A model generated the notes under the pieces. The model worked only from the letters and a program-made list of their open reading frames with translations. It did not search any database and was not told where the DNA came from. A program made the translations under genes and the position numbers. From Armatimonadota bacterium (GTDB lineage: Bacteria > Armatimonadota > UBA10988), in assembly GCA_016235455.1 (NCBI GenBank), contig JACRKZ010000073.1:14175-78174 (forward strand): a stretch of DNA of 64,000 bases, in the 5' to 3' direction. This document shows, one piece after another, positions 20,695 through 30,796 of the stretch. The stretch's first letter is position 1. Each line of letters begins with the position of its first letter.

Positions 20695-22695
20695 ATGAAA
20701 CCGATGAGATTGCTGCTGGGCCTCCTGGCGGCACTGAGCCTGACGCCGTGCGTCCAGGCCCAGGAGCCGGCCAAGCCTTTCGTTCATCCGCTCTTCTGTG
20801 ACAACGCCGTGCTGCAGCGCGACACCGTCTTCCCCGTGTGGGGCTGGACCCAGCCCGGCGCGCAGGTCACCGTCCAGTTCGCGGGCCGGACGGCGGCCGC
20901 CAAGGCCCAGGCCGATGGCAAGTGGTGCGCGAAGCTCGGCCCGTTCTCGGCCGGCGGCCCGTTCGAGCTGGTCATCTCCGGGCCGGAGCAGGCCAAGCTC
21001 ACCAACGTCATGTGTGGTGACGTCTGGATCTGCAGCGGCCAGTCCAACATGGAGATGGGCATCAACGCCATCGACTCTCCCAAGGACGTCGCGGCGGCCA
21101 ACTACCCCGGCATCCGGTTGTTCATGGTCGACAACGCCATCGACACCAAGCCGCGCGCGGTGTTGCCGGGTAAGTGGAAGGTCTGCACGCCACAGAGCGC
21201 GGTCGAGGGCGGCTGGAATGGCTTCTCCGCGGTCGGCTACTTCTTCGGGCGCTACCTGCACGAGACGCTGAAGGTGCCCATCGGCCTGATCGACAGCAAC
21301 TGGGGCGGTACCATCGCCGAGGCCTGGACCAGCGGCGACAGCCTGCGCAAGATGCCGGACTTTGCTGAACAGGTGCAGTTGCTTGAGAACGCCAAGAACG
21401 GCGAGGCTGACCTGGCCAAGGCCATGGACGGCTGGTGGGCCAAGAACGATCCCGGCTCGGACGCCGCCAGGAGTTGGGCTGCCGTGGATGCCGACACCAA
21501 GGCTTTCGGTACCATGGACCTGCCCAAGACCTGGGAGGACGGCGGCTGGGGTGCCTGGGATGGCATCGCCTGGTTCCGGCGCGACGTGAACCTGTCGGCT
21601 GACTGGGCCGGCAAGGAGGCCACGCTGAGCCTCGGTCCCATCGACGATCGCGACACGACCTACGTCAACGGCACCAAGGTCGGTGCGGGCAATGACTGGC
21701 AGACGCCGCGCGTCTACAAGCTGCCGGCCGGCCTGCTCAAGGCCGGACGCAACGTCATCGCGGTGCGTGTGCTCGACACCGGTGGCGGCGGCGGCATCTA
21801 CGGCCAGGCCGACCAGATGAAGCTGAGCGCCGCTGGGCTGGCGGATGGCTCGCTGGCCGGGACGTGGCTGGCGCGTCGCAGCGTGTCGCTGGATAAGTGC
21901 GGTTCGCCGCCGGCGGTGGTCGGGCAGGGCAATCCCAACTACCCGACACTGCTCTACAACGCCATGATCGCGCCGCTCACGCCCTATGGCCTGCGCGGCG
22001 CCGTCTGGTACCAGGGCGAATCGAATGTGGGCCGCGCGCGGCAGTATGCACGGCTGATGCCGGTGCTCATCGCCGACTGGCGCGGGAAGTTCGACAACCC
22101 GCGCATGGGCTTCTACACCACGCAGTTGGCTAACTTCATGGCCCGGCAGCCGCAGCCCGGCGAGTCCGGCTGGGCGGAGCTGCGTGAGGCCCAGGCCGAT
22201 ACCGCGGAGCATGTACGCCACTCGGGCATGGCCGTGGCCATCGACATCGGCGATGCCGGTGATATCCATCCCAAGAACAAGCAGGACGTGGGCAAGCGGC
22301 TGGCGCTGGCGGCGCTGGCACGCACCTATGGCCTCGATATCGAGTACTCCGGCCCGCAGTACCGCGCGATGACCGTCGAGGGCAACTGCGCGCGGCTGAC
22401 CATGGCCCATGTGCGCGGTGGTCTGGTGGCCAAGGACGGGCCGTTGACCGGCTTCGCTATCAAGGGCGAAGACGGCCGATGGCTGTGGGCCGAAGCGGTC
22501 ATCGATGGCGAGCAGGTCGTGGTCTGCTCGCCGCTGGTGGCCAAGCCGGTGGCGGTGCGCTACGCCTGGGCCGACAACCCGGCCTGCAACCTGTACAACC
22601 GTGCTGGTCTGCCCGCCGTGCCGTTCCGCACGGACACGCCCTACAGCGAGCCGCCCGTGGCGCGGCCCGCGATGAGGACCAATACGCTGAGGTAG
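20695..22695 (+). CDS. Secreted sialate O-acetylesterase with inserted sugar-binding domain
   Basis: Signal peptide, GDVWICSGQSNM, WGGT, WYQGESN, DIHPKNK, VRYAW. Confidence 0.92.
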   Translation: MKPMRLLLGLLAALSLTPCVQAQEPAKPFVHPLFCDNAVLQRDTVFPVWGWTQPGAQVTVQFAGRTAAAKAQADGKWCAKLGPFSAGGPFELVISGPEQAKLTNVMCGDVWICSGQSNMEMGINAIDSPKDVAAANYPGIRLFMVDNAIDTKPRAVLPGKWKVCTPQSAVEGGWNGFSAVGYFFGRYLHETLKVPIGLIDSNWGGTIAEAWTSGDSLRKMPDFAEQVQLLENAKNGEADLAKAMDGWWAKNDPGSDAARSWAAVDADTKAFGTMDLPKTWEDGGWGAWDGIAWFRRDVNLSADWAGKEATLSLGPIDDRDTTYVNGTKVGAGNDWQTPRVYKLPAGLLKAGRNVIAVRVLDTGGGGGIYGQADQMKLSAAGLADGSLAGTWLARRSVSLDKCGSPPAVVGQGNPNYPTLLYNAMIAPLTPYGLRGAVWYQGESNVGRARQYARLMPVLIADWRGKFDNPRMGFYTTQLANFMARQPQPGESGWAELREAQADTAEHVRHSGMAVAIDIGDAGDIHPKNKQDVGKRLALAALARTYGLDIEYSGPQYRAMTVEGNCARLTMAHVRGGLVAKDGPLTGFAIKGEDGRWLWAEAVIDGEQVVVCSPLVAKPVAVRYAWADNPACNLYNRAGLPAVPFRTDTPYSEPPVARPAMRTNTLR

Positions 22696-22702
22696 GCTGG
22701 TC

Positions 22703-23512
22703 ATGCCCTACAGCATCACCACCGACTACCACGTCGACCCGGCCGTGCCATGGGCGCTGCAACTGCGGCGCATGCGCGCGGCCGGGTTCGACCGCATCCA
22801 CTGGTGCTGGGACTGGAACGCCAACGTCGTCTACGGCGAGGCGGGGTTGGCTCGCGTTCGTGACCTGCTGACCGAGGCCGACCTGGCCCTGGCCGACACG
22901 CACGGTGCCATCGCCGGCGAGGCCCGCGAGTACAGTGTCGATCCCGCGCAGCGCGCGGCGGGCTTGGCGCTGCATCGCGACCGGCTGGCCTTCACCGCCG
23001 CGCTGGGCGGTGACGTGGTGGTTCTACATCCGCCCGAGGGCCGGGGCGAGGAGCTAGAAGCGGCCACCGAGCGCATGGTAGCTGCCTGCCTCGAGTTGGT
23101 GCCGACTGTGCGCCAGACCGGCGTGCGGCTGGCCATTGAGAACATCTGGCCGAGCGAGCGCAACCGGCTGGTCATCGCGCGCCTGCTGTCGGCGTTTGAG
23201 CCTGACATCATGGGTTTCTGCCTCGACAGCGGCCACGCCAACGTGGCCGGCGACCTCGACTGGCTCATCGACTATGCCTTCGACCGGCTGCTGGCCGTGC
23301 ATCTGCACGACAATGACGGTAGCGGCGACCAGCACCTGTTGCCGGGCGATGGCACGGTGCCGTGGGACAAGCTGACCAGCGCGCTGCGCGATGCCGGCTA
23401 TGCGAAGGTGCGCAACCTGGAACTGAGCATGAGCGCGCGCTACGGCGGCGACGAAGAGGCCTTCCTAGGCGAGGCCATGGTACGGGCCGAACGCCTGGTC
23501 GGCTGCGGATAG
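22703..23512 (+). CDS. Sugar phosphate isomerase/epimerase (xylose isomerase-like TIM barrel)
   Basis: LAIEN, LDSGH, HLHDNDG, DQHLLPGDG. Confidence 0.88.
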   Translation: MPYSITTDYHVDPAVPWALQLRRMRAAGFDRIHWCWDWNANVVYGEAGLARVRDLLTEADLALADTHGAIAGEAREYSVDPAQRAAGLALHRDRLAFTAALGGDVVVLHPPEGRGEELEAATERMVAACLELVPTVRQTGVRLAIENIWPSERNRLVIARLLSAFEPDIMGFCLDSGHANVAGDLDWLIDYAFDRLLAVHLHDNDGSGDQHLLPGDGTVPWDKLTSALRDAGYAKVRNLELSMSARYGGDEEAFLGEAMVRAERLVGCG

Positions 23513-23521
23513 GATGAGTTC

Positions 23522-25564
23522 ATGAGCACTACGCCCGCGCCGGCGCCGCTTGCGCCGATCCCGTCGCCTCGCCAGATGGCCTGGCAGCGCCGCGAAGTCA
23601 TCGGATTCGTCCACTTCACGGTCAACACGTTCACGGACCGCGAATGGGGGCTCGGCAACGAGGACCCGGCCGTCTTCAATCCCACCCAGCTCGACGCGCT
23701 CCAGTGGGCGCGGGCGCTGAAGGCGGGCGGCGCCAAGATGGTCATCTTGACCGCCAAGCACCATGACGGCTTCTGCGTGTGGCCGAGCGCGCTGACCGAC
23801 CACTCGGTTAAGTCGAGCCCGTGGCGCAACGGCCAGGGCGACGTGGTGCGCGAACTGAGCGATGCCTGCGCCGCCGAAGGGCTGGATTTCGGCGTCTACC
23901 TGTCGCCCTGGGACCGCCACGAGCCGACCTATGGCTCCGGACAGGAGTACAACGACTACTACGTGGCGCAACTCACCGAACTGCTGACCCAGTACGGGCC
24001 AATCAAGGAAGTGTGGTTCGACGGCGCGTGTGGCGAAGGGCCCAACGGCAAGCGGCAGGTCTATGACTTCGCGCGCTTCTGGGGCACGGTACGTGACCTG
24101 GCGCCCGACGCTGTCATGTTCTCCGATGCCGGGCCCGACGTACGCTGGGTCGGCAACGAGAGCGGCTACAGCGCCGACGAGTCGTGGTCGACGGTCGACC
24201 GCTGCCGGTGGGGCGTGGGCGCCAACAACGAGCATCAGACGCGCGGCCACGAGGGCGGCGCCGACTGGCTTCCGCCGGAGACCGACGTCTCCGTGCGGCC
24301 GGGCTGGTTCTACCACGCGTCCGAGGACGACCGCGTCAAGAGCCTGGACAAGCTGCTCGACATCTACTACCACAGCGTCGGGCTGAACAGCGTGCTGCTG
24401 CTCAATGTGCCGCCCGACCAGCGGGGCCTGATCCACGAGAACGACGCGACGCGACTGGCGGAGTTCCGCGCGGTCATCGACGCGACGTTCGCCCGCGACC
24501 TGGCCGTGGACCGACCGGTCGTGGCCAGCAACGTGCGTGGCAACGACATCCTCTACGCCTCGGGCAACGTTACGCATAACGACCAGGATACCTACTGGGC
24601 CACCGACGACGAGGTGGTCAGCGCCTCGCTCGAGATGGACCTGGGCGGACCGACGACCTTCAACGTCGTGGCCCTCGGCGAGGCCATCGCGCTGGGCCAG
24701 CGGGTGCGCCGCTTCCATGTCGAAGCGCTGGTCGACGGCGTCTGGCAGCCGCTGGCCGAGGGTCGTACTATAGGCTACCTGCGCCTGCTGCGACTGGCGC
24801 CGGTCACGGCCAGCCGCCTGCGGGTGACCATCGATGACGCCCGCGCCTGCCCGTGCCTCAATACCGTGGGCCTGTTTCTCGAGCCGGCCAAGGTGGACTT
24901 TGGCACTGCCGACCGGGCCTTCGACGCCGCGGCCGGGCTCGACCTGACGCTGGCCTGCTCGGTGCCCGGCGCCGAGGTGCGCTACACGCTCGACGGCTCG
25001 GAGCCGACGGCGGCCAGCCCGCTGGCCAGTGGACCACTGCGCCTGACGGCGACCACCACCGTGCGGGCCAGGGCCTGGTACGATGGTGTGGCCAGCCCGT
25101 ATCGCGCCGAAGGCACCTTCGAGGCGCTGATTGCGGAGACGCCTGGTGCGGCGCCGGCCGACGCGGGCTTCGCCTGCGCCTACTTCGAGGGTGGCTGGCA
25201 GACGCTGGACCAGATGGCCGGGGCCTCGCCGGTGGCCGAGAGCCGCGAGCCGGCCATCTCGCTCGCGCCCGCGCGGCGCGACCAGCACTGCGCGCTGCGG
25301 TTCACCGGCTCGTTCGAGGCGCCGGTCGACGGTCTGTACCGCTTCTGGGTCACGTCGGACGACGGCAGCCGCCTGTGGGTTGGCGATCGCCTGGTGGTCG
25401 ACAACGACGGCCTGCACGGCGAGCCCACCGAGCGTGGCGGACTGGCCAACCTCAGAGCCGGCGCGCATTCGCTGACGCTGGCCTGGTTCCGGGCGGCCGG
25501 CGGGCAGGCTCTGGCGGTCGAGTGGGCCGGCCCGGGCATGGCGCGGAGGCCGCTTGGCTCTTGA
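23522..25564 (+). CDS. GH29 alpha-L-fucosidase with F5/8-like, FN3-associated and PA14 domains
   Basis: TAKHHDGF, YLSPWD, VWFDGA, RWVGNE, RPGWFYH; YTLDGSEP; SDDGSRL ... DNDGLH. Confidence 0.92.
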   Translation: MSTTPAPAPLAPIPSPRQMAWQRREVIGFVHFTVNTFTDREWGLGNEDPAVFNPTQLDALQWARALKAGGAKMVILTAKHHDGFCVWPSALTDHSVKSSPWRNGQGDVVRELSDACAAEGLDFGVYLSPWDRHEPTYGSGQEYNDYYVAQLTELLTQYGPIKEVWFDGACGEGPNGKRQVYDFARFWGTVRDLAPDAVMFSDAGPDVRWVGNESGYSADESWSTVDRCRWGVGANNEHQTRGHEGGADWLPPETDVSVRPGWFYHASEDDRVKSLDKLLDIYYHSVGLNSVLLLNVPPDQRGLIHENDATRLAEFRAVIDATFARDLAVDRPVVASNVRGNDILYASGNVTHNDQDTYWATDDEVVSASLEMDLGGPTTFNVVALGEAIALGQRVRRFHVEALVDGVWQPLAEGRTIGYLRLLRLAPVTASRLRVTIDDARACPCLNTVGLFLEPAKVDFGTADRAFDAAAGLDLTLACSVPGAEVRYTLDGSEPTAASPLASGPLRLTATTTVRARAWYDGVASPYRAEGTFEALIAETPGAAPADAGFACAYFEGGWQTLDQMAGASPVAESREPAISLAPARRDQHCALRFTGSFEAPVDGLYRFWVTSDDGSRLWVGDRLVVDNDGLHGEPTERGGLANLRAGAHSLTLAWFRAAGGQALAVEWAGPGMARRPLGS

Positions 25565-25596
25565 CCACAAGCCGCCCAAGCGGCGATGATGCAGAC

Positions 25597-26079
25597 ATGG
25601 CCAGCTACCAGTGCATTCGTATCGGTGACGAGGTCGTGGCGTTCGTCTGGAGCGAGCGCGGCGTGCAGCGCGTGTGCCTGCCACAGCCCTCGCGCGAGGC
25701 GGCGCTGGCCGCGGTCGGCGTGCGCGCGGACACGGGCGAATCGTGCCACAGCGAACTCGCTGGCCTGTTGGAGCGTTTCTATCAGGGGCAACCGGTCGAC
25801 TTTGGCGCGATAGCGCTCGACCTGGGCCGGCAGACATCGTTCACCGCCGCGGTGCGCGCGCGTGTGCTGGCGCTGGGCTGGGGCCAGACCGCCACCTACG
25901 GCGACGTGGCCACGGCGGCCGGCAGCCCGCGAGGCGCCCGCGCCGTCGGCCAGGTCATGGCGCGCAATCCGGTGCCGCCGCTGATCCCTTGCCACCGCGT
26001 GCTCGGTAGCCAGGGACTGGGCGGCTACGGCGGCGGGCTGGCTCTGAAGAGCCGGTTGCTGGAGTGGGAGAGAGGTTGA
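25597..26079 (+). CDS. ogt: Methylated-DNA--protein-cysteine methyltransferase
   Basis: TYGDVA, ARAVG, NP..LIPCHRV, GGYGGG. Confidence 0.92.
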   Translation: MASYQCIRIGDEVVAFVWSERGVQRVCLPQPSREAALAAVGVRADTGESCHSELAGLLERFYQGQPVDFGAIALDLGRQTSFTAAVRARVLALGWGQTATYGDVATAAGSPRGARAVGQVMARNPVPPLIPCHRVLGSQGLGGYGGGLALKSRLLEWERG

Positions 26080-26507
26080 TGCGCGAGTTCGTCATCCGCT
26101 GGATCGGCAATGCCATGATCCTGCTGATCGTGGCCAACGCGCTGCACGGCCAGCCGGGCCAGCCGGACCCGGTGGTGGTGCACGGCTTTGGCGCAGCCTT
26201 CCTCGGCGTGGCGCTGGTCACCGTGCTGAATCTGGTGCTGCAGCCCATGGTCAGCGTCGTCAAGGCGCTGGGCTGCCTGGTCAACCTGATCACCATCGGC
26301 GTCTTCGGCTGGTTGGTGTCGTTCGGCTTCTGGGCGCTGGCATTCTTCCTGGTCGGCTTCATGACCCGGCCGCTGGGCGACGACTTCCGTATTGAGAGCT
26401 TCGGCGCGGCGGCCGCCGCGGCGTTCTGGATGGCGCTGGGCAACGGCCTGCTGAGCATGGCGGTCCATCGCCGCGAGGACGATGAGGGACGAGAGAGGGA
26501 GCGGTGA
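26079..26507 (+). CDS. YvlD/DUF360 (4-TM phage-holin-like) membrane protein
   Basis: LNLVLQP ... NLITIGVF; TGATG overlap with ogt. Confidence 0.75.
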   Translation: MREFVIRWIGNAMILLIVANALHGQPGQPDPVVVHGFGAAFLGVALVTVLNLVLQPMVSVVKALGCLVNLITIGVFGWLVSFGFWALAFFLVGFMTRPLGDDFRIESFGAAAAAAFWMALGNGLLSMAVHRREDDEGRERER

Positions 26508-26514
26508 TTCGCGC

Positions 26515-27399
26515 ATGACGCCGACCCAACTGGTCATCGTCACAGGCATGTCTGGCGCTGGCAAGTCCACCGCCATCCGCTGCCTGGAGGAGATGAGCTA
26601 CTTCACCATCGACAACATGCCGCCGTCGCTGCTGCCTACCTTCGTGCAGCTCTGCGCGACCCAGGAGCGCCCGGTATCGCATGTGGCGGCGGTGATCGAT
26701 GTGCGCGGCGGCGAGTTCTTCGACGACATTGTCTCCGCGCTCGATGAGCTGGACCAGGCCGGTTCGCCCTATCGCATCGTCTTCCTCGACGCGAGCACCG
26801 AGGTGCTGCTGTCGCGGTTCAAGGAACACCGTGTCCGCCATCCGCTACAGAGCGACGGCCGGTCGTTGCTCGATGCCATCGAGGCCGAACGCGAATTGCT
26901 GGGTGAGCTCAAGGGTCGGGCCAGCGTCGTGCTCGACACCAGCGCCGAGACCGTGCGTGCGCTGCGCGGCGAGTTGACCAAGCTGTTTCCCGTGCGCGAC
27001 GGCGGCAACGAGATGATGGTCCACATCGTCTCGTTCGGCTACAAGCACGGCATGCCGGCCGACGTCGACTACGTGTTCGACGTCCGCTACCTGCGCAACC
27101 CGCACCACGATCCCGAGCTGCGCCCGTTCACCGGCGATGATCCGCGCGTGCGCGCCTACGTCGAGGAAGACCCGCGCACCGCGGAGATCCGCGCACGGCT
27201 CTGCGACTTCGTGGACTTCGTGCTGCCTCAGCACTATGAGGAAGGGCGGCGCTACGTGAGTATCGGCATCGGCTGCACCGGCGGCAAGCATCGCAGCCGC
27301 GTAGTGGCGGCGTATCTCGCGGAGCATCTGGAGGCGCAAGGCTATCGCGTGGTGCGTCAGCATCGTGACCGCTACCGCGAGGGCCAGGGCTGGGGCTGA
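26515..27399 (+). CDS. rapZ: RNase adapter RapZ/YvcJ P-loop protein
   Basis: TGMSGAGKS, DNMP, SFGYKHG, FDVRYLRNP, GCTGGKHRS. Confidence 0.95.
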   Translation: MTPTQLVIVTGMSGAGKSTAIRCLEEMSYFTIDNMPPSLLPTFVQLCATQERPVSHVAAVIDVRGGEFFDDIVSALDELDQAGSPYRIVFLDASTEVLLSRFKEHRVRHPLQSDGRSLLDAIEAERELLGELKGRASVVLDTSAETVRALRGELTKLFPVRDGGNEMMVHIVSFGYKHGMPADVDYVFDVRYLRNPHHDPELRPFTGDDPRVRAYVEEDPRTAEIRARLCDFVDFVLPQHYEEGRRYVSIGIGCTGGKHRSRVVAAYLAEHLEAQGYRVVRQHRDRYREGQGWG

Positions 27400-27464
27400 C
27401 CCTTCACCGCGGCGCGTTGCCGCAGCACACTAGAAATGGGTCTGGCAACCCGGAGGTCGTAGCG

Positions 27465-27692
27465 ATGGCCGAATCTGGCACCGAGAATCAGGTAGCGCTC
27501 ACCGCGCCGCCCATCCACGAGCCCGAACTGTGTGGCGGGTGCCTGATGTGTTGGGTGTACTGCCCCGAGGACGCCATCATCGTCGAACGCGGCCGCATCG
27601 TGGGTGTCGACCCGCAGGCCTGCGCGCGCTGCGGCCAGTGCGTGCTCGTCTGTCAGCCCACGCGTCACGCCCGTCACTGGCCCGACGCCTAA
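27465..27692 (+). CDS. Small 2x[4Fe-4S] ferredoxin-like protein (PorD-like)
   Basis: CGGCLMCWVYCP and CARCGQCVLVC; GGAGG RBS. Confidence 0.75.
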   Translation: MAESGTENQVALTAPPIHEPELCGGCLMCWVYCPEDAIIVERGRIVGVDPQACARCGQCVLVCQPTRHARHWPDA

Positions 27693-30600
27693 CCGATCAC
27701 CAGCGCCAGACACGGTGCCAGCCCGGTGGCCCGCACCTGGCCTGCCAGCGCCGTGACATCGGCCAGACCGCCCACCAGCAGCAGCGGCGCTGCCCAGCGG
27801 TCGGGATGGGCGGCGATGTCGAAACACACCGGCCAGCCCAGACGGCGGCTCAGCGCCACCAGCAACTCGTCGGCCGCCTGGCACGACACAGCCCCCGCCA
27901 GCGCCACCGGCTGTGCCGACAGCACAGGCAGAACCGCCTCGACCGACGCCGTACCCGTCAGCCGCCAGCCTCGCGACCAGGGGCCAGCCAGCGCCACGAC
28001 TTCGCCCGCATCCGCCGGCTCGGGCGCCGGCTCGGCGGCTGGCGCGAGCGACTGCTTCACCCAGCGGATGGCAGCCAGTGAGGTGCCGTCGCCCAGAGCG
28101 GCGCGCACCAGGTGCAATGGCCGTTCGGGCTCCACCTCAAGCGCTGCCAGAATGCGGCGATGGGCCTCATCGCCGAGTAGTTCGGCGCAGTCGATGTCGC
28201 CACGATCGAGGAGTGCCATGACATGCGTGTTCAGGCGCGCGATGGTCACTCCAGCTTCCCTGGCGGCCTCATCCAGCGTGTGCCCACGGCGAATCATCCG
28301 CACGCCGGCCTCGAAGGGATCGCTCGGCGGCGCGGCGGTGGCGGCGGGCAGTGGCGCGGTTGGCATTTCGTGGGGCTGAGTCTGCTCGGCCCAGGCCAGG
28401 AGTACGGGCAGCAGGGAGGCGCCATGGCGCTCGGCGAAGGCCGGCCCGGCGCCAGACAGGGCGCCCATGGACTGGACCGTATCGGGCCGGTGACGGCACA
28501 GGAGGCGTAGCAGGCGGTCGGCACAGATGGTCCGGGCCGGCACGCCCTCGTCGCGCGAGCGCTGCGTGCGCCAGGCGCGCAACTGCTCAAAGAGCGTCAT
28601 CTCCTCGGCCGTGAGCTGATGGTCTTCGGGCGGCGGTGGGGGCGCGGCCGCGGGGGGCACGCTGGAGGGTGCCGGCTCGCGCAGCAGTTCCAGGATAGCC
28701 TCGCCATACAGCTCAATCTTGCGCGGGCCGATGCCGTTGATCCGTTCGAGGTCGGCCAGACGGCGCGGTCGGCACTGGGCCAGCTCGGCCAGCGCGCGCT
28801 TGGACAGGACCATGAAGGGCGGCACGCCGTCTTCGGCGGCCTGGTCGCGGCACCAGACACGGAGCCGCTCGTGGAGCGCCTCATCATCAACCGACAGGTC
28901 GTCGGCCGGCGTCGGCTGAGGAGCGCCGTGTGCCGGGCGCAGGCACGGCAGGGCGATCGGCCGTGCCTCGTCGGCGAGTGCCGCGCGGCCATGGCGGGTG
29001 AGGGCCATGACCGGCTTGTCGCCATTGATCGGCTTGAGCCACCCATCGAGCACGAGGTTGTCGATGGCGTCGAGCACGGTCTTCGTGGGCCACGCCTTCA
29101 ACTGGCCGTAGGTGGGCAGATTGCGCGCCCATGGCTCGACCGTCCGGGCCTTACTGCCCGACAGAATGCCACCCAGACGCACGCGGCCCAGGCCGTGGCG
29201 AGCCGCACCGACCGTGGTCAGGATGGTTCGCGCCACCTCGGTCTCGGCGGGTGTGGTGGCGGGATCGACAGCGGGTTCGGGGTCATCGGCGGCCATCTGC
29301 AGCGGGTCCGGCTCCTCGGGATCGCCGAAGTAGCCGAGCAGGAACCGGCGGCGTGACGGGGCGGTCTCGCAGTAGCGCACCATGGCGCCCACCTGGCTCT
29401 CGCGCAGGCGTCGACGCTGGTGCTGCAGCTCCACGAAGCGGTCCACGTCGCGGGAGGCGAGTTGGCCGGGCCGCAAGGTGTAGCGGCCCGTGCCGTCGTC
29501 CACGCCGAAGTCGTCAACCAGGCCCAGGCGCTCCAGGTAGTCGATGGCCCCGCGCGCCTGCGTATCGCTGAGGCTGGCGTCCTGCGCGGCTTCGTTGAGC
29601 GATCGCGCGCCGTGCCGCAGCGCCTCCAGCGTGGCGCGGAGCTGCTCGGCGCCCATCTCCTCATGCTCGATGAACCAGTACTGCAGTCCGGCATCGGTCG
29701 GGTGGTAGAGCATGATGCAGCGCGCCGGTTGGCCATCGCGGCCGGCGCGGCCGGCCTCCTGGTAGTAGGCTTCGATCGAGCCGGGCATGGTCCAGTGGAT
29801 GACGAACCGTACCTCGGACTTGTCGATGCCCATGCCAAAGGCGTTGGTGGCCACGACGATGGCGTCGGGATGGCTCATGAACAGGTCTTGCGCGGCGCTG
29901 CGCTCGCCCGCGGGCAGGCCGGCGTGGTAGAACACCGTCGGGCGGTGGGTGCGCTCGCCGATGTGCTGGGCCAGCCCTTCGGCGGCCTTGCGCGTGCCGC
30001 TGTAGATGATGCCACTGCCCGGCATCTCGTCGAGCAGCCGGTCGAGCTGGAGGAGTTTGCCGTCCTCGGTGGGCGCGTAGCGGATCTCGAAGGTCAGGTT
30101 CGGGCGGTTGAACCCCGACACGGCGCGCGGCAAGTCGGGCCGGCCGAGCTGCTTGGCGATGTCGTCCTGCACGTCCAGCGTGGCGGTGGCGGTCAGTGCC
30201 ACGAGCGGCGGCTGGCCCAGGTCTTCCAGCACCTCGCCCATGAGCAGGTAGTCGGGCCGGAAATCGTGACCCCACTGGCTGATGCAGTGGGCCTCATCCA
30301 CCACGAAGCGCTGGATGCAGACCTCGCGCAGCCGGCGGCGGAAACCCGACAGGCGGAAGCGCTCGGGCGCCACGTACAGCAGCTTGACGCGGCCCGTCAC
30401 GGCATCGGACAGGGCGCGGCGCTGCTCGTCGGCGCCCATGGCGGAGTTGATGCAGGCGGCCGCGCCCGGCCAGCGCTGGTTGAGCGACTCCACCTGGTCC
30501 TTCATCAGCGCGATGAGCGGGCTGACCACCAGCGTCAGTGGCGGCAGTTCCAGCGCCGGCAGTTGGAAGCAGAGCGACTTGCCGCTGCCGGTCGGGCGCA

Positions 30601-30754
30601 CGACCAGTCGGTCCTCGCCGCGCAACACGGCACCAACCACCTCGCCCTGATGGGGCAGGTAGCAGGGGAAACCGAACCACCTCGCCAGCGCGTCGTCCAG
30701 TTCGGTGGCGTCAAGGCTCAAGCGCGCCAGGGCGGCCTGTGCCTCGCTGGCCAT
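27689..30754 (-). CDS. recQ: RecQ-family DNA helicase with winged-helix, two HRDC and HTH domains
   Basis: PTGSGKSLCFQ, VDEAHCISQWGHDFRPDY, ALTATA, ATNAFGMGIDK, YYQEAGRAGRDG; two HRDC-like repeats. Confidence 0.92.
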   Translation of the reverse strand: MASEAQAALARLSLDATELDDALARWFGFPCYLPHQGEVVGAVLRGEDRLVVRPTGSGKSLCFQLPALELPPLTLVVSPLIALMKDQVESLNQRWPGAAACINSAMGADEQRRALSDAVTGRVKLLYVAPERFRLSGFRRRLREVCIQRFVVDEAHCISQWGHDFRPDYLLMGEVLEDLGQPPLVALTATATLDVQDDIAKQLGRPDLPRAVSGFNRPNLTFEIRYAPTEDGKLLQLDRLLDEMPGSGIIYSGTRKAAEGLAQHIGERTHRPTVFYHAGLPAGERSAAQDLFMSHPDAIVVATNAFGMGIDKSEVRFVIHWTMPGSIEAYYQEAGRAGRDGQPARCIMLYHPTDAGLQYWFIEHEEMGAEQLRATLEALRHGARSLNEAAQDASLSDTQARGAIDYLERLGLVDDFGVDDGTGRYTLRPGQLASRDVDRFVELQHQRRRLRESQVGAMVRYCETAPSRRRFLLGYFGDPEEPDPLQMAADDPEPAVDPATTPAETEVARTILTTVGAARHGLGRVRLGGILSGSKARTVEPWARNLPTYGQLKAWPTKTVLDAIDNLVLDGWLKPINGDKPVMALTRHGRAALADEARPIALPCLRPAHGAPQPTPADDLSVDDEALHERLRVWCRDQAAEDGVPPFMVLSKRALAELAQCRPRRLADLERINGIGPRKIELYGEAILELLREPAPSSVPPAAAPPPPPEDHQLTAEEMTLFEQLRAWRTQRSRDEGVPARTICADRLLRLLCRHRPDTVQSMGALSGAGPAFAERHGASLLPVLLAWAEQTQPHEMPTAPLPAATAAPPSDPFEAGVRMIRRGHTLDEAAREAGVTIARLNTHVMALLDRGDIDCAELLGDEAHRRILAALEVEPERPLHLVRAALGDGTSLAAIRWVKQSLAPAAEPAPEPADAGEVVALAGPWSRGWRLTGTASVEAVLPVLSAQPVALAGAVSCQAADELLVALSRRLGWPVCFDIAAHPDRWAAPLLLVGGLADVTALAGQVRATGLAPCLALVIG

Positions 30755-30796
30755 GTACGGATCCTCCCAACGCTTTGTTCAAAGCGGAGCATGCAG

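Noticed and set aside
26079-26507. Holin as evidence of a prophage
   Set aside because: YvlD-type proteins are ordinary chromosomal membrane proteins and no phage genes are nearby
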